The position numbers and the translations under genes are program-made. From positions 5,518,001 to 5,582,000 of the forward strand of contig CM022665.1 of the NCBI GenBank assembly GCA_012295275.1: a DNA stretch of 64,000 nucleotides, written 5' to 3'. The notes beneath the pieces were generated by a model. That model searched no databases. It was not told the DNA's origin and saw only the letters and a list, made by a program, of their open reading frames with translations. Below, in pieces: positions 57,419 through 64,000 of the stretch (position 1 is its first letter; each line of letters opens with the position of its first letter). The DNA comes from Chrysomallon squamiferum (lineage: Eukaryota; Animalia; Mollusca).

Positions 57419-60400
57419 GTAATTAGAAAATTATCCGTTAGTCATAATAGAATTTTAGAAAAGTGTACATACAGTGATGAAAAGAAATGGCTTAAATAGA
57501 TTTTGTATTGTTCGATATCAACCTTTGATAAGAGACTAGTTTCCTTAATGTTTAATGAAAGTGAAAATGGTATATATAATCTTTAAGATATCTGAGGAAA
57601 GATTTGCTTAATACATTTTATTTATTTATTTATTTTAATATTTCGCTTGTTACAATCTTTTTATCATTAAATGTCTGCATGTTTTTCTTCCGTAGTCTTA
57701 TTACCAACATTCTTATGATTGTCCTGTATCTAGTTATTCAACATTCGAGGCTAGTACATTAAAAAAAAAAATAAAAAAAAAAAAAAAAAATATATATATT
57801 TTTTTTAAATTGCTCCTGACAGAAATAAATAAGAACGATTTGGGATATAATTATATACAAATAAAAATATAAGGAACGTGGCTATATTAAAACAAGCCAC
57901 TGAAACAATAATTAATTGTTTTTGCTTATTACAATACTGGTTCTTTTAAATGATTTTCTAATTGTAGCGTAATAAAATTAATAGGCCAAGATTAAAGCAG
58001 TATATATTAGGAAGTATTTTATTTTGTAGTAAAATTACTTTAAAACACAATAATCTAGTTATATTATCATTAGAATTTTGCTTATTTTTTTATTTTTATT
58101 TTTATTTTAATTTTTTTTTGTAAGAAAACGATGAAAGCTTTCTTGCATGCACGCTTATTAAACTTTTAATAAAAACGGCATTTAAACATGAATTCTGTCT
58201 GCTGTGTTTATTAATTAAAGAAAAAGATTCTAATTTGGTTTGTTTAATTTTAACTTTCATTTGTTACTTGTAAATAATTAATTTTAAAAATCAAAATAAA
58301 ACGTCATCTCCATTAAAAATATAAAATAAAGCTATTGTCATATAAAAAATACATTACTATATCTTTCATGTTTTTCATTAAATTTTATAATGTATATACC
58401 TACATGTTATAAATAAATGATATATATACATGTATATATTTTTTATTGTTTCTTTTTTATACTTCCATTTAAATATTTTCTTTGTTTCACATTAAAATCT
58501 GGTTCGCATTAAAAAGTATTGATATATTCTAAATATATTTTTGCTTCCATTATTTATGTTTTGTTTGTTCATAAAAGTCTTACTAATGCTGTAAGCAAAT
58601 ATATATTTTTTTATATAAACACTGAAGATAATTCATTTTTGTCATTTACACATAAGTTTATCAGTATATTTACAAACTTAATTGTATTGTCACAATTTCT
58701 TATTGACATTTCTGAAAATATTTAAACAAATATTGACAAATTTTATTTTGTTATCATAAATGACAAATGTATTTCAATTACTGAAGTTTTTTTTTTTTTT
58801 TTTTTTTTTTGGCCGTTAGTGAAAATGTTTAAATGTCTGGTGACAAATTTACTTTTTATCGTCATAAATTAATTTTTGTCTTTTGTGAAAATGTTTAAAT
58901 GACTGTTATCGTATGTTATTTTGCCAGGTGTGAAAATGTTTAAGTAATTAATGTTACCTAATGTTTTGTTTTGTGTGTAATTCTCACATTATTTTTCTTC
59001 ACACTTTTCACACAGATTGCGAGATATCTTTCCGAGGTGATTTAACTGTTTGGTTGTTTGTTTGTGTTATCTAATAATGTTAATGTAGTTTTATGCCTTG
59101 CTAATGTTTCCTTTTATAACACAATAAATATCTGGACTGATTTAGCACATTTTATTAAAGAAAGAATAAGCTATTTTAATAATAAGAAGAAGAAGAAGAA
59201 GAAGACAGAAAGAAAGAAAGAAAGAAATCAATCAAATATTTCATTTAAATTTTAAGAATAACCAGTTTGGCATAATTTTAAATGATAATTTTTAAAAACA
59301 CATATTAAAAATATTTTACAATAACTAATAAAGAAAAAAAAAATATAAATCAAACTGAACTGTATATTTTAGAATATGATTTATTTCTTTAAAAATGCTC
59401 CCAAAACATTTAATTTTATTTATGACAATAAAAAAAAAATAATAATAAATAAATAAATAAATAAATAAATTAACAAAAATGTGTAAAAGTCCAGATATTG
59501 TGATTTCTAACATGCTTTGTTTTTTTGTTTTTTCAAGGATAGTTTAGAATAGCATACTATAATTTTAAACATACACAAGTATTTATTTCAGTTACTTTAT
59601 TTTATTTATATATCATTAATTTTATTAAATACATTTGTTTAGAATTTTATTACTTCGGTTTTTTTTTTTTTTATTAGTTTTTTATTTATTTATTTATATA
59701 TTTTATTTTATTTTATTTACATATTTTTTTTTTTTTTTTATTTATGTTTTAGATTTTTATACCTAAAAATATTTGAGATTTTCTGGATTTTTATATCATT
59801 TAAATTTCTGTTATTTTATTTTAATATTTGTTTATTTTGCATTATTTTATATTGTTTGATATTTTCCTTAAAATTTATTTATTTTATTTTATTTTATTTT
59901 ATTTTATTTTATTTTATTTTATTTTATTTTATTTTATTTTTTTTATTTTTATATATATATTATTATTTTTATTACATTATAATTTTTTTAAATTTATTCA
60001 TATTATTACATGTGGTGTCAGACTATTGTTGTTGTTTTTTGTTTATTATATTCTGTTTTCAGTGTATATGTATTATCCCTTGTCATGTTGTTCTCTGATA
60101 TACCCCATACTATATTTATTGTGAGCACTCTTTAAACAACAACAGTAATAAGTTATATTTAACACTTTAACAAGATGTTATGAAACCACTTGGTTGTGGT
60201 GTTCTATAAAATGCCATCCTTTCATTTTTAGGATTAATATTATTATATTTATATATCTTTAGAATTTCTGATAATTCATTGTAAATAATAATATAGCAAT
60301 TCATTAAAAAAAAAAATTGATCACTAATAATAATAATCATTATTATCATTATCATCATCATATTAGTAATAATAATTAATGAAACCAAGAAAGAAAAACA

Positions 60401-60985
60401 ATATAAATTAATGACAATTTCTACCCCACCCAATAAAACATTGATTTTTTGTTTTTTATCGTCATCATCATCATCATTATTATTATTATTATATTTGTAA
60501 AATATGAATTAAAAAAAAGTTCATTAGTAGAAAGTTCATAGTAAGTAATGCTGATAACCAGTAACCTGTAATATATTTATATTTACAGATGTAGATTAGT
60601 GCTTTTTAACTGCTCTTATAATACATGTGTGAGGCAAATAAAATAAAATAATAATAATAAATGTAAATAAACTTTAAAATTAATAATTTGGCTGTGAAAA
60701 AAACATCGATATTTCAAAATAATAGTAATAACATTTTTAGAGTAATTTATTTTTTGTTAAACTGTTCTTCATGGATATGTTATTTATTTTTATATTACAC
60801 TGTTATTTATTTTTTATATAAACTGTACAGATTTTTTTTTACAATTATTTGTGTTTTTATATAAAATTGTTCTTTATATATCTTTTACAGTTGTTTATTT
60901 TTTTTTGTGTTAAATTGTGCTTTATGTATCTTTTACGGTTATTTGTTTTTTGTGTATTAAAATATCTTTGTTGTATTTTTTATAG

Positions 60986-61134
60986 TTTGAAAGTGCCTAC
61001 CACTCTCTGCTGACTGCTTTCAAGTTGTTTGACTCAATGAATGATGGGTACATAGCAAGAGCAGACTTCAGACAAGTACTTCATCAGTTTGGTTTCACCA
61101 TTGCTGCAGTAGATCTAGAACAGTTTCTTGCAAG
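60986..61134 (+). CDS. EFCAB6-like: EFCAB6-like exon 9 (EF-hand)
   Basis: TTTTATAG|...AG|GTACTC, phase 0-2; FESAYHSLLTAFKLFDSMNDGYIARADFRQVLHQFGFTIAAVDLEQFLA(R), near-canonical EF loop. Confidence 0.95.
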
Positions 61135-61349
61135 GTACTCAATGTCATTTTTTTTTTTTTATTTTTTTTTTTTTTTGTGAAAAATAAATTGTTAAAACTG
61201 TAGATTATAAGAAAGAATGAAATAAAAAGAAAGTTTCAATAAGGAAGAAAAGAAGGAAGAAAGTGTGTATATAATCTATCTGTTGGTCATATTTATAATT
61301 TACCTATACATACATACATGTATGCATATATAATTTTCTTTGATTTCAG

Positions 61350-61463
61350 GGTTGGACTTCGATCTATTCAAGGACAAGTTAACTACAGAGATTTCCTGTC
61401 AAAGTTTCAGAATCTTGGTTATGACAGCATCACATATGAAAATATAGCAAATGGAGACACACA
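61350..61463 (+). CDS. EFCAB6-like: EFCAB6-like exon 10
   Basis: TTTCAG|...CA|GTAAGA, phase 2-2; VGLRSIQGQVNYRDFLSKFQNLGYDSITYENIANGDT(H). Confidence 0.9.
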
Positions 61464-61872
61464 GTAAGATTCAAAATTTTGAAGTGTGTCTTTTAATAAC
61501 AAATAGCATAGATATATCTGACAATGTTCACATATTTGCTGTATCTGACCAGTTAATATAAAAATAAGAAATATTATTAGCAGCAAAAACAATAACAATT
61601 TGTTATTTGCAAAGACTGGATAGTAATAAATAAAAATGGATTCAATAGGTTAGGGACTTTTTGGTAATGACCAAACTTTAAACATAAAAAATATCATAAC
61701 AATAACAATTGCATTTTCAGATAAATCATATCCCAAAGTCTACCCACACAACCTCAGCCTCATGGATCTTAGCATACCCTTAATTCCTAAAACTCATTTC
61801 CATCACCGACTTAAACATTTCTGTCTAAATCATTTCAATAATTATAATTATTATACATTTATTTCATTCCAG

Positions 61873-61980
61873 TTATGCAAAAAACAGCTATGCAGCTGAT
61901 ACTTTGTCTGCAGAAGAATTGGAATCCAAAATTGTTGACTATCTTCATTCAGACTACATGAAACTGCTCAGTCAATTCAG
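61873..61980 (+). CDS. EFCAB6-like: EFCAB6-like exon 11
   Basis: TTCCAG|...AG|GTTTTT, phase 2-2; YAKNSYAADTLSAEELESKIVDYLHSDYMKLLSQF(R). Confidence 0.85.
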
Positions 61981-62130
61981 GTTTTTAATTTAAATAATCA
62001 GTTTACTGACCAGTTTATTTAAGCTAGTTTTGTTTCAGCTATATAATGATTTTATGATAATCTAGAAGGGAGTGAGTTAGGTACAGCTCAATAGTTATGT
62101 GCTGTGAACAATTTAAAACTGTTTTAGAGT

Positions 62131-62543
62131 GAGTGGGATGTAGTTTGGTACTTAAAACAGGTTTTATAAGGTGTCAGGGGTATGGAGTGAATCTGGGGGG
62201 GTCTACTAACTCAAAGGTTAAAGGTTGAAGTTTAAAGGTCACAGGATCAATCCTCCTCTGTATTATCACTGAATTATTTCCCCTTCCCATTCAGTACATT
62301 GCAACTATTCTACCAATGATTTCTGTGTTTTCTCTCTGTATGAAGATAAAGATTTCTTGTAGTTAGTTGATAAAACGTAATCCAAGGTGACAGTGGATTT
62401 CCTCTCCTACATAATCTTTATGCTGTCTGACATGTAATAATTCTATATATAAAGTAATCATCATTTTGTTGTATTTACCTTTGGTATGACACTCAGTTGC
62501 TAATGTTTTCAGTGCTGGGGTTTTGTTTAATACTCATTCATTT
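62131..62543 (+). mobile_element. Degenerate near-full-length tRNA-derived SINE in intron 11
   Basis: Head GGGATGTAG..., B-box-like GGATCAATCC (about 62245), GGTGACAGTGGATTTCCTCTC, tail GTGCTGGGGTTTTGTTTAATACTCATTCATT; same order of blocks as the 25.8 kb copy but with CpG decayed to TpG/CpA. Confidence 0.55.
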
Positions 62544-62937
62544 ATAATAATAGTTAATAGAAAAATGTGAGGTATTTATTTATTTATTTGTGCATTTATT
62601 TATTTATTATAATTTAATTAATAATAATAATTTGAATGCTGTTGATGATGATGATTATTATTAATATTAGTATTATTATTTTATCATCATCACCACCATC
62701 ATCATCATATTATCATTATTATTATAGTCATCATTATTATAAATATATCGGTGATAATAATAAAGGAACAAATAAAATTTAGTTTTCATTAAGTTAATAT
62801 AAAATGATTTAAGCTGACAGTGAAAAATTTCAAGGCACTTTCTCATTTTATTTTCAGTTTATAAACTCCTTAAATATTAGGTTTCAAAGATAATATATTT
62901 ATTAATGCTATAAAACTAAATGTATTATTAATTTCAG

Positions 62938-63117
62938 GATGCTGGATAAAAACAACACAGGTTTTGTTTCACAGTATGATTTACGCAATGCCTTGGAGAA
63001 AAATCTTGGTTATCCGATCAGCAATGACCAGTGGTACCAGCTGAAAATGGACATTGGTCTGTCAGTTAATGGCACACAGGTCAACTATATGAAATTCCTG
63101 CAGCACTTTGATATAGA
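62938..63117 (+). CDS. EFCAB6-like: EFCAB6-like exon 12 (EF-hand pair)
   Basis: TTTCAG|...GA|GTAAGT, phase 2-2; MLDKNNTGFVSQYDLRNALEKNLGYPISNDQWYQLKMDIGLSVNGTQVNYMKFLQHFDI(E). Confidence 0.95.
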
Positions 63118-63303
63118 GTAAGTATCACTTTCACTTTTATTTGATTTTTTTAACTGATTTTTTTTTTTATATATAAAATTTAAAAAAAAGAGAAAATTAT
63201 TATACAGAAAATTTCTAGAAATGAAATGATTTCAAGAAAAAAAAAAAAAAAAATATATATATTTATTTTTTATTAGTTTGTTATTATTTCTTTTTCCTCA
63301 CAG

Positions 63304-63475
63304 GCCTGGTTCCTGGAATACAAGACACATTGCAGGATTCACAATGCCAAAACACACCCGTGTCTTTACCCCACCCCCTCAGTTAGATGTCCTCAGGGAA
63401 AGAGCTAGAAGTTACCATCCAGGAATGTTTGAACCTAATAAGGTTTATGTGGATGGTTTGAGACCCCTTCCAGAG
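63304..63475 (+). CDS. EFCAB6-like: EFCAB6-like exon 13
   Basis: CCTCACAG|...GAG|GTAAAA, phase 2-0; PGSWNTRHIAGFTMPK...VDGLRPLPE. Confidence 0.85.
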
Positions 63476-63694
63476 GTAAAAAGAATAAATAAATAAATAA
63501 ATAAAAGAAAGAAGAATGTCCATAAATATAACAATGATAATAAAATTTAAAAAATAATAATAATAAAATAATTGCAAAAGGGTCCATTGTATTAAATTAT
63601 TTTGAAGAATAAAAAAAAAAAAAATTCATTATATCTGCCTCATTTTTAATGATTTCATTGAAATTCTTTACCTTTCTCTCCACTCTTTCATATT

Positions 63695-63738
<44 letters not shown>

Positions 63739-63829
63739 ACAGATAATGTCATATTAAAAAAATATATATATTCATACATTTCAGAAATATTTGGCATTTA
63801 ATTTCTATTTTATTTTTTATTTTTTTCAG

Positions 63830-63883
63830 CTTGAAAGACAAGTTCAAGAATTGTTTAAGAGGAATTTTCAGACTTTTGACAAG
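63830..63883 (+). CDS. EFCAB6-like: EFCAB6-like exon 14 (gene continues beyond window)
   Basis: TTTTTTCAG|...AAG|GTTAAA, phase 0-0; LERQVQELFKRNFQTFDK. Confidence 0.9.
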
Positions 63884-64000
63884 GTTAAAGACATATTCAA
63901 ATATTATAAAAACAAATTTTAGAAATTAAAAGATTTCTCTCTATTTATTTTCACTATTTTAAGTGAAGGAATTCACAACTGTTTATTAAATAAATTTATC

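Overview
AT-rich, microsatellite-dense eukaryotic (animal) genomic DNA. The SINE fragments resemble, from memory, those of gastropod molluscs. Almost every entry in the ORF track is a simple-repeat artefact; the real genes appear only when exons are joined by hand across GT-AG introns. Two + strand spliced genes can be reconstructed. (1) A small secreted 10-Cys protein of unrecognised family (coding exons 29158-29310, 37081-37233, 38560-38724), possibly with a non-coding first exon near 9.8-10.06 kb. (2) The first 14 exons (655 codons, 50480-63883, running off the window) of a multi-EF-hand EFCAB6-like gene with RFX X-boxes upstream. The most striking oddities are an inverted near-identical copy of exon 14 plus flanks inside intron 6 of the same gene, a sharp CpG-depletion boundary inside that gene, a candidate alternative exon and uORFs in the Cys-rich gene, three minisatellites and several degenerate tRNA-derived SINE copies. 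No prokaryotic features, CRISPR arrays, rRNA or intact tRNA were seen.
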